Shown piece after piece: positions 1 through 12,731 of a DNA stretch of 64,000 bases (position 1 is the stretch's first letter; every line of letters begins with the position of its first letter). The translations under genes were made by a program, and so were the position numbers. Source of the stretch: Selaginella moellendorffii (Eukaryota > Plantae > Lycopodiophyta); contig NW_003314310.1 in NCBI RefSeq assembly GCF_000143415.4, positions 1,048,611 through 1,112,610 on the forward strand, in the 5' to 3' direction. The notes beneath the pieces were generated by a model. It had not been told where the DNA came from and did not search any database. It worked only from the letters and a program-made list of their open reading frames with translations.

Positions 1-305
1 GACAAAGTTGCACCTTCGAGCAACATCCCAATCGCACCAATTTGAGACTCGGGAGTGGGGTACCGCCGATGTTAAAGTCCGAAGATCAGCTCCATCTGGT
101 TCAGGAATCCACGAAGCTCTGAACGCTTCCCTAAAAATTTTGCCGGGAAACTCACCTTCGGTTTAGGAACTTTGTTGGATCCTTGAGCCGAAAGTGAAGC
201 AAGCTCCTGTTGCATGCGAAGAAGGGTCGCCTTCAGCTCAATATTCTCAGACTGGATTTTTGCAAGGACTTCGGCAAAGAAATCAGGATGGCTTGGAAAC
301 TCCAT
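1..305 (-). pseudogene. Ty3/Gypsy retrotransposon gag 5' part, interrupted by an in-frame stop; runs off the window edge
   Basis: MEFPSH...PKVSFPAKFLGKRSELRGFLNQMELIFGL*HRRYPTPESQIGAIGMLLEGATL: the retrotransposon gag motif continues through TAA at 72-74 (likely CAA>TAA). Confidence 0.8.
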
Positions 306-492
306 TGGAAAAGAAGAAAGAAAAAAGGGGGAAAAAATGCAAAGGCAGTCAAACAATCAAAACAAGCTAAAGCAAAAAACGAAAAAACACAATCTAAATC
401 AAACTATCAAGACCCCTAACAAGATCAAGACTGGAAAATGCAAAAGACAAAGAGAAAAGCTAGTGAATAACGAAGAAGAGGCCTTAGACTAG

Positions 493-794
493 TGTTGATT
501 CAGATTGTAGAGAAATGGAACAAAGCTAACTTATATATACTATAGGTTGATGAAGCTCCACCACTTTTGGATCGAGGACGGCCCAAATATAGTTGAGGTT
601 GAGGAGGCGTCACATCATCATCAGGAATGTGGCTCGAGACTCAGGAATCGTATGGGAAATCGAGAGTCAGGAATAGGGAAGTGTTTTGAGAGTCAGGAAT
701 AGGGAAGTGTCTCGAGAGTCAGGAATGTGGTCTGCAGGTCAAGAATCTGGCGAGAGTCAGGAATGTGGCAAGAATTGGGGGATTTCTGACAACA
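493..794 (-). mobile_element. Putative 5' LTR of the Gypsy element at the window start
   Basis: TGTTG...CAACA termini, minus-strand TATATAAG near 529-536, lies upstream of gag; partner LTR is outside the window. Confidence 0.5.
620..778. repeat. Degenerate ~26-bp tandem repeat (GAGAGTCAGGAAT core) inside the putative LTR
   Basis: About 6 copies of (C/T)GAGAGTCAGGAAT-like units read directly. Confidence 0.8.
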
Positions 795-865
795 ATAAAA
801 GGAGTGATCAATGTAAGCTCCTAAGTTTAGACTTTCCAGGGGTGACAATAAAAGGAGTGATTAAG

Positions 866-1225
866 TGTAAGTTCCTGAGTTTGGAATTCCCAGGAGGTCA
901 CCTAACCTAGTACTATTCAAACCTAAGAACGTTTAACTCAAGTATCCCAAAACCTTTAACTAATTTGAAAAAGGGGTGCACTTTTTTTAAGGGCGTTTTC
1001 CCTTTATATTTGAATCCTATGTATCATTTTTCAAATCGTTCTTTTTGGTTGCTTATAATCCACCACGCTTCCATGTAATTTCATGCCTTCATGAATGGAA
1101 GCTGAAAGCCATAGCTCAACTCAAGAGTTTATATTTGGTATCAGAGAGGTCTTGGGTCCGACTTTATTGATTGGCTAAAAGAATTGCACTAGATATTGAT
1201 TGACATCAGGTAAGTTTAATTTACT
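866..1225 (-). mobile_element. Rearranged Cassandra-type TRIM: minus-strand LTR (866-1057) + PPT + internal part, joined to a plus-strand LTR end/PBS fragment (~1117-1225)
   Basis: Reverse complement of the 51.0-51.7 kb element; carries 5S-like GTTAAACGTTCTTAGGTTTGAATAGTACTAGGTTAGGTGACCTCCTGGGAATTCC on the minus strand; TGGTATCAGAG PBS on the plus strand at ~1136. Confidence 0.8.
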
Positions 1226-1857
1226 TTTTAATTATTTATAATTAATGATGAAGACACCATTAACTTTGTAGCTCCCTATGCCAATTCACCTATCAACCCC
1301 ACAATAGAACCTACACTTAGTTTGTGGCCATCTACCATATAGCTTAACATGATTGTAATTTAGGGCATTTTGTCATTCTAGATACCACCTCATAAATCAG
1401 AATTCTGCAGGCAAGGAAATTCATTGCTCCATTTTTCCAAAGGACAAAGATGACACCTAGTGTCTAAAGCACTACTCATGCCAAAAATTCTAACCTATGC
1501 CTCTTATACCATGTGAAGAGAAGCTAGCCTCTCCACCTAACACTCTGCAGAAAGAGAAAACTCCAAGAACAAGCAGCTCTCACAAAACAGCAAAAAGAGG
1601 TAAGAACGTTAAATTGAAGAAATGTGACTCAAGCCATGTGGCTGACTCTATGGTGGCTGCCACATTCTCTACTTCATAGAGTCTGCCACATTCTCTACTT
1701 TGGTGGTAGGAAGACCAACTGTAAAATAGAAGCCACTAAAACAAACAAAATTGTGGCTAAGTTTTCACATTTTGTCTCTTTATCGTGCTATCGTTACGGT
1801 TTTAGGGCAAAGCCCACCACCAACCTAGGTTTTCACGATAGGGTTTCAATTAACGAA

Positions 1858-4684
1858 ATGGACGAGGAATTGGCTAAGGTGCAGGCTCAAATCGGGCGTC
1901 TTGAGCCGCAGATCCAAGCGGCTGGGGAATCTTTTCTCTCTGCCTTTGAGAGTGGCAATCAATCTCTGGTGAAATATTGGCAGAAGAAGGAAGAGCAGCT
2001 GCGGAAGAAGGAAGAACAGCTGCGGAAGGAAAAAGAACAGCTGCGGAAGAAGGAACTCCTCCTCCTCCAATGTAATGGTAAGTCATTCTTTGTGTATTTA
2101 GCTTTCCCCCTCGATTTGGGGATGGCTGCTTTCAGCCATGGTTAAGGATTTTGCCAGAGGTAGCTTCAATTCGCTTTTATTTTGGGTTTGTGGCGTGTTG
2201 CGAAATCCCTGACCATAACCACACATGGAAGAGATGACTAAGGATCTCTTTCTCCTCTCCCGCAGCAGCCTCTCTTTCACCCGGAGCAGCAGCAACTCTT
2301 TATCCCGGAGCGGCTCCACTGTCCTGCTTTGCTTTCCCTGTCTGGTCACGGTTAAGGATTTTTGCTTCCTGAATCTGTTTCTTTCTTTCTGTGTGGATAT
2401 CTGGTAATCTCCGCATCCTTGTGGTCATTCTCACCCCTGTTTGCCCTTTGGCTGTGTTTAATTCTGTGGCCATTCCTCCATAGACTTTATTGTGCTTCTC
2501 ACAGCACCAGCGCCAGCGCCAGCAGCGGGACTTCCTCCAGCCGATTCTTACGTGCCTGGTAAGAATGATGTCTAGGGGACTGAATGCCATAATTTTTGGT
2601 TTCAGACATGATCGCCTGGGCCAAAAAGCTGGACGAGAACCTGACCGCAGATTTTGCTGACGGCGGCATTGACTGGACAAGCCATGCGACTTTTCGGTAG
2701 CTCCATATTCCCGCTTTCTCTGGAACGGATGGCAATCAAACATACATGTACATGGGTCGCTCACTCTTCAAGGAGATAGAAAGTTTCATATCGGCCTTGA
2801 GACACGGCGCTTCGGATAATGACAACAAACCTCCAGGTATTATTATTGGAACTCCGGGGTGGTCTGGGAAGACCACTGTTCTTGCTACTGTGGCTGGATA
2901 TCTTCGGCACCTTTGGAAGAACACCTCCAAGAAGGTCGTCTTTATCAATGGCGAAGATTTCGTCGACAATCCCTTGAGGACAATGTGGCTGGCTCTTTTG
3001 CTGAGCTACATAGACGACCTTCCAGCCGAGCTTTCGTGCCGGGGGTGGACCTTGAAAGTATTAGAATCTTGGATCCTGTCGAGATCGTCAGAGCAGCTTT
3101 ACTTTCTGGTGGACGAGGCCAACGCGTTTGACACCACGCTGGGTGTGAAAACTGGGGGCTGCCAGCGCGGAAAGAAGGGACGAGGCTTACCATTCTATGA
3201 TGACGATGCAACTGCAGGACGTCGTTGTCTACTGCTCGTCCGTCGGACCTCTGTGGAGGAGCAGAGTAGTGAGCGACAAAAGCCCTCCGTACATGTTAGT
3301 CACAGGTGGTTACAGCGTAAGTAGCGACTACTTTCCAACACTGGTGTGGGGCTAACTTGTGTGCTTTTCCTTTTATCCAACAGGCTGAGGAACTGCAGGC
3401 ATATTGCGAACACGAGGTTCGTCGTGCCGGGGGGCTCCAAGCGGAGGTGAGCATAGTATTTACCGTGTCTTCCTTTAAAGCCTACTAATGGTTTGGAGTA
3501 GGAGGATCCGATTGTGGCGTATTGCAGGCTTGCCACAAGGCAAGGCCACCGAGAGTTGAATGCGAAACGCATTAAGGTAAATGAAATGTGTGAATGTGTG
3601 GCTTACCGACGCGATGAAGCAGGTTGATGGATCTGAGGAGGAGCTGAATTTGTCCGACATGGAGCTCTGCTCGGAATTTAAAAGTGAGACTGGCTGGGTT
3701 CCCGGGCTTGTCGCTCATTACGGGACCTGGAAGCTACGGACCACGTACCACATGTACGAAGCTGGCCTGCGAGAGTATATCCAAGAGGCGGTCAAGGACC
3801 GATATCGCTGGAATTGCTTCATCGCTGTGGTCGGCGGAGTGGACACGATTACAACGGTGTTGCCAGACGCGCTAGACACTCGATGCTTCTACGTGGATGC
3901 AGAGACAGAAATAGGAAAATGTCTATCAGATTCTCTGCGTGCGCGCACTATGGTGCTCATCACCGAGACTCTGCGGTACGCGTCCGACTTTGAGGCTAGG
4001 ATGGGTATCGGCCAATGGACAAGGCTGATCCGGCACGACGACAACGTTGGGTGGAACGCAGAAATGGCAACTCTCATTTTCATCAAACACTATGGTATCG
4101 TTATTGACACGGAAGGTCTGCAGCTTAACTTCAAACCTGAAGTGGTTGTCAGATTCGAAGGTGATTTCTCTCCCCAATTTCTGATCGCAGACAATGTTTC
4201 TCGTTTCTTCCCACCTGTGAAGTTCAACCACACGGGAGTTGATTGCCTTGGAGAAAACCAGAAGCACGTTTTGTGGGTGCAAATAGCGACTGGGGTGGAT
4301 GTGGTATTGAAGCATGGAAATACGCTCTCGCGATTTTTGGAGATGACAAAAGGTGACGCGCGAGAGAAGGTTCTTATTTGGATCTTGGCAGTGGACAGTG
4401 CTGATAAGATATGGATACGCAATGGCGTGGGTTACAAGGAGGTGTTCATTTGTTTTGGCCGTTTGAGTGAACTGCTGGAAGTCATCGACGTTGCATGCTG
4501 CAGGCTGCATCTCGAGAGTAGCAAGAACGTCAAGGTGGCAAGCAACCCTGAAGAAGCTAAAGCTGAGGTGGAGGAGTTGAGAAAGCTTGGTCGGTGCGGT
4601 TCCTTGAGCACGGGAAGTGGAAATCCGTGTCGGCGTTTTCGTGGTGACGAGCCATATTGCCATCACCACGATAAGCGTCCTTGA
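1858..4684 (+). pseudogene. Crinkler/RHS (CR)-type protein: KEEQLRK coiled-coil header + P-loop NTPase + REase-fold domain + C-terminal Cys/His motif; disrupted
   Basis: Walker A GTPGWSGKTT, Walker B LYFLVDEAN, PVKFNHTGVD...LWVQI nuclease-like motif, CGSLSTGSGNPCRRFRGDEPYCHHH tail; in-frame TAG at 2698-2700 and an apparent frameshift near the G-run at ~3154. Confidence 0.65.
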
Positions 4685-5024
4685 ATAGTCTTCAGTGTTT
4701 CAGCCTTGGATGTTTACATTTAACCATCACATTTTGGAAATTTTGGGAATTGTTGGTTTTTCTAGCCAAGCTTGTGCTTCTCGACGATTGCAGCGATAAG
4801 CCGATGCTGCAGATAAACGAAGCGGGTGCTTCTAAAGTGCGGGCTTCTAAAGTGTGGACTTGTGGACACGGATTTGTGGTCAGAGGAGGACAAGGATGAT
4901 GATGAGGATGGAGCGCTGCGGAGGTACGAATTTTAGAGACGCTAGCACTTACAAACCTGTAATGGACTATCACCTCAAAATATTTTGTGATCTAAAGTTC
5001 AGTAAAATCTTGTCAAGCTGTAAT

Positions 5025-5096
5025 GCCTCTATAGCTCAGTGGTAGAGTGTCAGTCTTGTAAACTGAAGGCCTGGAGTTCAATCCTCCATGGAGGCA
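5025..5096 (+). tRNA. tRNA-Thr(TGT)
   Basis: 72-nt cloverleaf: acceptor GCCTCTA/TGGAGGC, anticodon arm TCAGT-CT-TGT-AA-ACTGA, T arm TGGAG-TTCAATC-CTCCA. Confidence 0.9.
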
Positions 5097-5310
5097 ATGT
5101 ATTTTGTTCTGGGAAAATTAGACCTTGGTCCTTCAGTATAGTCAAGCAAAAACCTGGGCGTGATCTCTGAGGAGGTGGAAAAAAAAGAGCTTTCAACCAT
5201 GCCAGATCGATGAAGCTTCCTTACGCTATGGAAACGAAGGAGTTTAACACGTGAACCTCTTTCGGATAGCAACACCGCTGACCACTTTTTCTACAGAGAA
5301 AACTGTGTCT

Positions 5311-6578
<1,268 letters not shown>

Positions 6579-6664
6579 CAATGCGCACTGGAAGTCTTGC
6601 CCTATCTCTTGGAGAATATTCTTATCTCGAGGTACTAGTGGCGGGAAAATTTCATCCCAGATTA

Positions 6665-7592
6665 ATGGATTCTTCTTCCTTGCGGAGCTCGTGCTTAGGG
6701 TTTCGCGTCCCTTGCTCGCGATCGCGATGCCGGGGCTCTAGGGTAAGTTTTGGGGCGCGATGCGAGGCCCCGCGGCAGCTCAAGGAGGAGCGGCGGCGCA
6801 CTCCTCCCACGGCAAATGCGAGCGTGCCGGTGAGAATGGTTTGGTATCTGTCCGAGGCATTCGGGATCGCTGCTGCCGGCTTGCGAAATTTCCAATCCGG
6901 GCTAGGGAAATCGCAGGACCAGGAGCAAGAAGAAGGGGATTTTGAGGTCGTGACGAGAGAAATGGCGTGCGATCTGATCAGGAAGGATTACGAGCAGTCT
7001 TATTTTGTCACAGGTACATTCGTGTTTTTCTTGGAAGTAATTCCTTTGATCGGCTCACAGGAAAGATGACCACCGGGATTTACAAGAGCGATTGCGAGTT
7101 CGCAGACCCTTTTGTATCATTTAAAGGCCTGAAGCGATTCAAGCAAAACGTTTCCAATCTCGGGGCTTTCATGGAGAAGTCGACACTCAAGATTGCGAGC
7201 TGGGACGAAAAAGAGGTGACGATTTTCTGGATCACAAAACCAAATTCGTCGTCTCTTTTTTTTTCCTTCTTGGTGTTCGAGCAGGATAGTCTCAAAGTAG
7301 GATGGCGTTTTCGATGCGTTCTTGCTTTGCCTTGGAGGCCAGCTATATCAGGTACCTCTCGTCTCCAATCTTTCACACTTTCTAAAGGTTTGAGGATTAC
7401 TTTGCAGCTAGCGGAAGCACAGAGTATTTCTTCGATGACGAGTCTGGCAAGATTTGCAAGTAAGATCCATACTCTCGAGCTGTGCTTCAAGAAATAATTT
7501 TGTTGTCGATCAGGCACGTCGAGAGCTGGAACATATCACCGGCTGATGGTGTTAGGCAATTGTTCAAGCCGTCTAAAGCTGCCAAATCGTAA
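6665..7592 (+). CDS. DUF2358 / SnoaL(NTF2)-like chloroplast protein, multi-exon
   Basis: Transit-peptide-like N-terminus; IRKDYEQSYFVTG, CEFADPFVSFKGLKRFKQNVSN, WRFRCVLALPWRP, HVESWNI. Confidence 0.85.
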
Positions 7593-7607
7593 ATGTATAG
7601 TCTTGTA

Positions 7608-7835
7608 AGTTTTCTGTGTAGACTAAGTGGTCCAGTGTTTAACTCCCTCGTTTCTATACCGTAAGACCGTATGCTTGAAAGCTCTTTTGAGATAAGCAAG
7701 TCTAGGGTTAAGGACCGAAATTTCAAGTTTACAAGCCTGACGATCTACCACTGAGCTATAGAGGCATTAGGATGATTACAGCTTGACAAGATTTTCTTTA
7801 GATCACAAAATATTTTGAGGTGATAGTCCATTACA
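7608..7835 (-). repeat. Inverted, internally deleted copy of 4958-5304
   Basis: 7770-7835 is the reverse complement of 4958-5024; 7608-7665 matches 5220-5304. Confidence 0.85.
7722..7765 (-). pseudogene. Truncated tRNA-Thr(TGT) (5' half only)
   Basis: Minus strand reads GCCTCTATAGCTCAGTGGTAGATCGTCAGGCTTGTAAACTTGAA, with no T arm or 3' acceptor strand. Confidence 0.8.
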
Positions 7836-7901
7836 CATTGCCTTTACAAGACAAACTTTTGTTAAATCTAGATTAGTTCACTGTTGGAAGGCTCGTTTTA
7901 T

Positions 7902-8123
7902 CTAAAACCCGAATTCCACACACTCTTGGTCGATGCACGCCAAGCCTAGGCAACAATCGCCCACGGCCTTGCAAGAAGCTCCAACATTTGGCACCGGGCA
8001 AAAGGGTGGCTCGCTACTGCTGCTGCTTGATGATCCTGGGAGCATGCGACTCTCAGCAACAAAAGCTAGAACTGCCAGGATCACCAAAAGGATCCTCAAA
8101 CAAATGCTCCTTTTTGTCGCCAT
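7902..8123 (-). CDS. Small secreted cysteine-rich peptide, knottin/ICK-like
   Basis: Hydrophobic signal peptide, Ser-rich linker, C-x8-C-x5-CC-x4-C-x4-C; TATAAA upstream on the minus strand at ~8172-8177. Confidence 0.7.
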   Translation of the reverse strand: MATKRSICLRILLVILAVLAFVAESRMLPGSSSSSSSEPPFCPVPNVGASCKAVGDCCLGLACIDQECVEFGF

Positions 8124-8445
8124 TCTCTTTTCTCTTTCACTATGGGAATTAGGATTTGGGGGAGATGGGGCTTTATAGTTTAGAGCGCGAGAACCTTTTC
8201 ATGGTTCAAGAATATTCTTATTCTTCTAAAAAGGTGATTTGGAGAATCGACGCATATTCTCTTCAAAATCTAGAAACTAAAATCGACGGTCTGGATTTCA
8301 TGCATTTTATCCGACGGTTGGTATTTGTTGTGTCATCTTGGTTATGGTTTTAGGGCTGTTTGGAGGTGTGGACGAAAAAAATGCGCGGGGATCTCCGGTG
8401 AGGGCCACATTCCCCTCTCTTGATGCTTAATCGCGAGCGCGAGCA

Positions 8446-10055
8446 ATGCCTTGCCTATCGTGCATCGTCACCGGGCGATTTCCAGCGGCAGCCGCGTCAT
8501 CCGGCTCCTGCGCGTTCCAAATCCATGGCAACAACCTCATGAGCTCCCAGCACAGATTCCCGTCTGAATTTCGCGGCGCTCACAGCCTCCGCAAGGGAAT
8601 CGCCGCGAGGACGAGATTTCGCAGCGCTCGCATTGTATCGGCCCAGGAATCGAGCAGCGGCACCTACTGGGAGCGCGAGGAGGCCCGGTGGCTCCGCGAG
8701 GAGGAGAGGTGGAAGAGGGAGGAGCAGCGATGGCTACGTGAAGAGAAGCGCTGGAACAGCGATCGAGAATATTGGGCAGTGGAGTCGTCGCGGATGAAGG
8801 AAGAGATCACTAGTCTCAGGAAGGAGGTGGAGAGGTTGGGCCGCAGCGATCAAGTCCCTGACAAGCACGACGCGTCTCCTTCGTCGCTTAGAGATGTTCT
8901 CGTGGGTCTCCTGCGAACTTTGAGCGATAGAAATGAAGAGGCAGTGGCGCCACCGTCCCAGCCAGCGAAGGCTCCACCCATGGTTACCGAGAAATCCGTG
9001 GAGAGCATCAAGTTCGTTCTATCGCCCTCGGAGACTAGCGCTGGCCAGACCAAAAGTTCTTCCAACTCCAAAGGTGGCACCAAAGGTTCTTCCAAGACAG
9101 AGAAGAAGCACGCCATCTCCAACAAGCAGGAAGCGCGGAGCTTGAAATACGGGGCTGAGGGCGATGATGTTAAGCTTCTCCAGGTGTGGTACGTGCTTTC
9201 CTTTTCGTTTTTGCGTCCGGCATTCTCTTCGTTTCATTTTCTTTCTTGCTCCAAGTATTTCTAAACCATTGCCATCTTGTTCTTTTCCTTGTGAATTCGC
9301 AGGAGGCTCTTGCAAAGCTTGGGTTCTATTGCGGGGACGACGACATGGAGTATGCTTCTTTCTCTAGCGGCACAGACCGGGCTGTGAAGTCATGGCAGGT
9401 ACTCTTTTGCTACCTCCTCTGTCTTGCCTTCGTCTCGCAAGGTATGACCCCGTGTCTTGAATCTGGCATGCAGTCATCTATAGGTGCTGCAGAGGATGGA
9501 ATTGTTACTGCGCAAGTGTTGTCGCAACTTATCAGTGAGCATCAAGTCATAACAGTGAATACCTCCGCTGCGATCAAACCGCCCGAGGTATCTTAGTTCC
9601 TGTAAAACGTTTGGAGCTTTTTGAGGCCTTACCCTTCGACTTTATACAGAGCCCAGAGGTTGTGGATAGAAGCTCCACCGGACGAGTTTACCTCCTGGGA
9701 GAAAATCGATGGGAGGATCCGGAGAGACTGTTGCACAGGCGGCAAGCGAATCCCGCTGCGTCTCAGAACTGCTATACGTGTAGAGGCGAAGGCCAGACAC
9801 TGTGCTCGGGTTGGTACTTCTCAAACTTTCTCTTCTACATATCTCAAAGATTGGTTTGCAGAATGCGATGGCACTGGAGAACTTAACGTCGAAGAACAGG
9901 CAAGCTTTCAAGCACTTCCATTCGGTGTTACTTATACTCGTTTAAACTTGCAGTTCCTCGACTGGGCCGGCGAAGGGGCCAAGTGCCCATACTGTGATGG
10001 CTCGGGGACTGTGGTTTGTGAAGACTGCAAGGGGAAGGGCGTGGCGGCCACTTAA
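8446..10055 (+). CDS. PTAC5: pTAC5-like plastid protein (peptidoglycan-binding-like domain + DnaJ-type zinc finger)
   Basis: WLREEERW/WLREEKRW repeats, LKYGAEGDDVKLLQEALAKLGFY, RVYLLGENRWEDP, four CxxCxGxG motifs. Confidence 0.9.
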
Positions 10056-10459
10056 GCTAGAGTTCGTCCAAAGTGTAATAAGATCGTTCACTTAAGCTCG
10101 TTTAAACTCCCATGGCTGACTTACTTGATACGTGCCTTGCAGTTTTAGAAGGCTTGAACAATGTTCCAGCTCCGAAGCGAACACCACGAAATTCATTCTT
10201 TTAGAACGTATGTATTTTTACTTGCCGAAACTTGCTTCCACTGGCTGCAAATTCTAATCTTTATAGCTGAAGAGGAATGGAAGTTTTGATGTAACTCGTC
10301 TTCAAGGCAATGCTCTTCGAAAGATCGATCAATTCTATCAGAAACTGTCGACCGTCGGATGAAGCTCCATAGCAGCCGTTGGATTGATGAAATCCAAACC
10401 GTCGGCTGTAATTTGTTTGTAGAACCCTGAATCTGGTGTGACCTATATTGTCGGGTGCC

Positions 10460-12492
10460 ATGGCGGGGGCGGAGGCAATCGTCGCGGCAGTGGTCGCATC
10501 CCTGATCCTCAGCTGCGCGGCCTTTACCGAGGAGAATCCAACCGATCGGCGCGTTCTTGTTCTTCTGGAGGATCTCGCCATCGAGTCCACGCATTCGTTG
10601 TTCTTCAAATCCCTCTCAGGTTTGCTGCGCAGCATCGCATTTTCGTGCATTCTTTGCTGATCCGAGGCTGTAGACAGAGGCTACGAGCTGGATTTGAAGC
10701 TTTCGACAGATCCGAAGCTAGCGCTTCAAAGGTATGGAGAGTATTTGTACGACGCTCTCGTGATTTTCTCTCCTTCGGTCGAAAGTAAGCATTGCAAAGA
10801 TCTGTGTGAAAGTAGAAATATCGCCTCACGTTTTTTGTTTGTTCGTGAAGAATTGGGTGGCTCGCTCACGAGCGAGGCAGTGCTTGACTTTGTGGACTCG
10901 GGACATGACTTGATTTTGGCTGCGAATTCCACCACCTCGCAGTTTATTCGCAACCTGGCTGCTGAATGTGGAGTAGAGTTTGAAGAGGTACGTGAAGCTT
11001 TGTGAATTTAGCATTCTGGAAAATTCATCTCGTCATTTTCAGGATTTCGATTCCGTTGTGATAGACCATCTGAGTTTTGATGATGCACGCGATGCCAAAG
11101 ACCACAGTTTGCTTGCAACGAAGAGCCTTATCAAATCTAAGGTCATTCTTGGTGCCAAGGAAATTCAGGTATCAAGGAATAGCTCTTTTTTGTAAGGTGC
11201 TTACTGTCCAACAAATACTTCTGCTAGGCTCCCATTCTCTACCGTGGCATAGGGCATGTAGTGAGTCCCGCGAATAGCCTGGTGAGTGTCCTTTCTGCTA
11301 GTTTCAACATATTGTTCATCTAGAATTCCAGGCTATAAAGGTGTTGACTGCATCGTCCTCAGCGTATTCAGCGAATCCGAATGCTGTATTGGCGAGTCCT
11401 CCTGCTCTTACTGGCACAAGTATCGGACTGGTCTCTGTTGTCCAGGTATGCATTGTATTCATTTCTTCTGCTTCTTTTCATTTTTTTAATTTTTCCTTGC
11501 AGGCTAGAAACAATGCACGCATCTTAATATCGGGGTCCTTGGACATGTTCAGCGACAAGTGAGCATTGTTTGCTTCTCTAAATTTGGTTGTGACTGGTGA
11601 GCTTGTCTTCATGCAGTTTCATCAATTCGCCTGTTCGAATCACTGGAAGTACAGAGAGGTCTGAGCTCCAGTCTGATGATTCATTTCTAAAGTTTCGTGT
11701 TTATTTTAGGTTCGATAAATCAGGCAACCAGGAGTTCGTTGATGAGCTGAGCAAGTGGGTGTTTCATGAAAGAGGCCACTTAAAGGTGATCCTAAAAACG
11801 CAGGACTATTTTGGCGCTAACCTCCCATTCTCCAGGCTGTAAATCTACAACATCACAAAGTTGGAGAGAGCGGCGAGCCTTCGATGTACAGAATCACCGA
11901 CCATCTTGTGGGTTAAGCAAGTTGACTGAATGCGTAGCTCTTACTCTTTGCTTTCTGTGTGACGCAGGAATTTTCTCTCGAGATTTACGAATGGACGGGC
12001 AAAAACTGGCAGCCATACCAAGCAGATGACGTCCAAGTGGAGTTCTACATGATGAGCCCTTATGTACTCAAGACATTGAATCACAACGGGAAGGTGCTGT
12101 AAGAACTGGACTGAGTTATGGATTTATCAGCTGTGTGGCAATGCAGGGTAAATACGAGACATCCTTTCAAGTCCCGGACGTCTATGGAGTATTCCAATTC
12201 AAGGTTGATTATAAGAGACTCGGCTACACCACTCTGGACCTGAGCAAGCAGGTAAATAGACTTGAAGACATTCAAATGTGGTACTAAATGCGTGCCCATG
12301 CAGATCCCTGTGAGACCTTCTCGTCATAACGAGTACGAAAGGTTCATCAAGGCTGCATACCCTTACTACGGGGGCGCGTTTTCAATGGTACATATATTAC
12401 GGTGGTTGCTTGTTTGGTGGATGATCTGATTCTTGTTATTACAGATGGCAGGCTTTTTTGTTTTCGGCATTGCCTTCTTGTATCACAAGTAG
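10460..12492 (+). CDS. OST48: Oligosaccharyltransferase 48 kDa subunit (OST48/DGL1/WBP1), multi-exon
   Basis: Signal peptide, [43 protein letters not shown]-terminal FLYHK. Confidence 0.95.
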
Positions 12493-12709
12493 GAACTGAC
12501 TACAGACCGGTGTAGTGTTTCACAAGTCGTGAGCTAAATTATGAAGAAGGATCTGTCAAAGTCGCTATATTCTGCTTATGCTTCTTGTTGGGGTTTTTGT
12601 CGAACAGTATCCAGTGTAGCAGCGGTGGAGCCATGTGCAAATCTAGTGGCCCCGTGAGCCTTTCATGTTGGGCCATCTCTCCCAGGCAAGCGTATGCTTT
12701 TCTTTTCAT

Positions 12710-12731
12710 TCTCTCTCTCTCTCTCTCTCTC
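12710..12731. repeat. (TC)n microsatellite
   Basis: About 11 TC units. Confidence 0.9.

Noticed and set aside
470-492. Search for a tRNA PBS or self-priming site next to the first putative LTR
   Set aside because: No TGG-initiated PBS and no clear complement within the LTR; the LTR boundary itself is uncertain
620-778. Regularly spaced repeats that superficially resemble a CRISPR array
   Set aside because: Spacers are short and similar to each other, the context is a eukaryotic LTR, and there are no cas genes
2098-2349. Minus-strand ORF with LRDKELLLLR resembling the CR header, suggesting an antisense duplicate
   Set aside because: Equally explained as the reverse complement of low-complexity Ala/Pro linker mini-exons on the plus strand (repeated GGTTAAGGATTTTTGC donor-like motif at 2140 and 2350); too short to support
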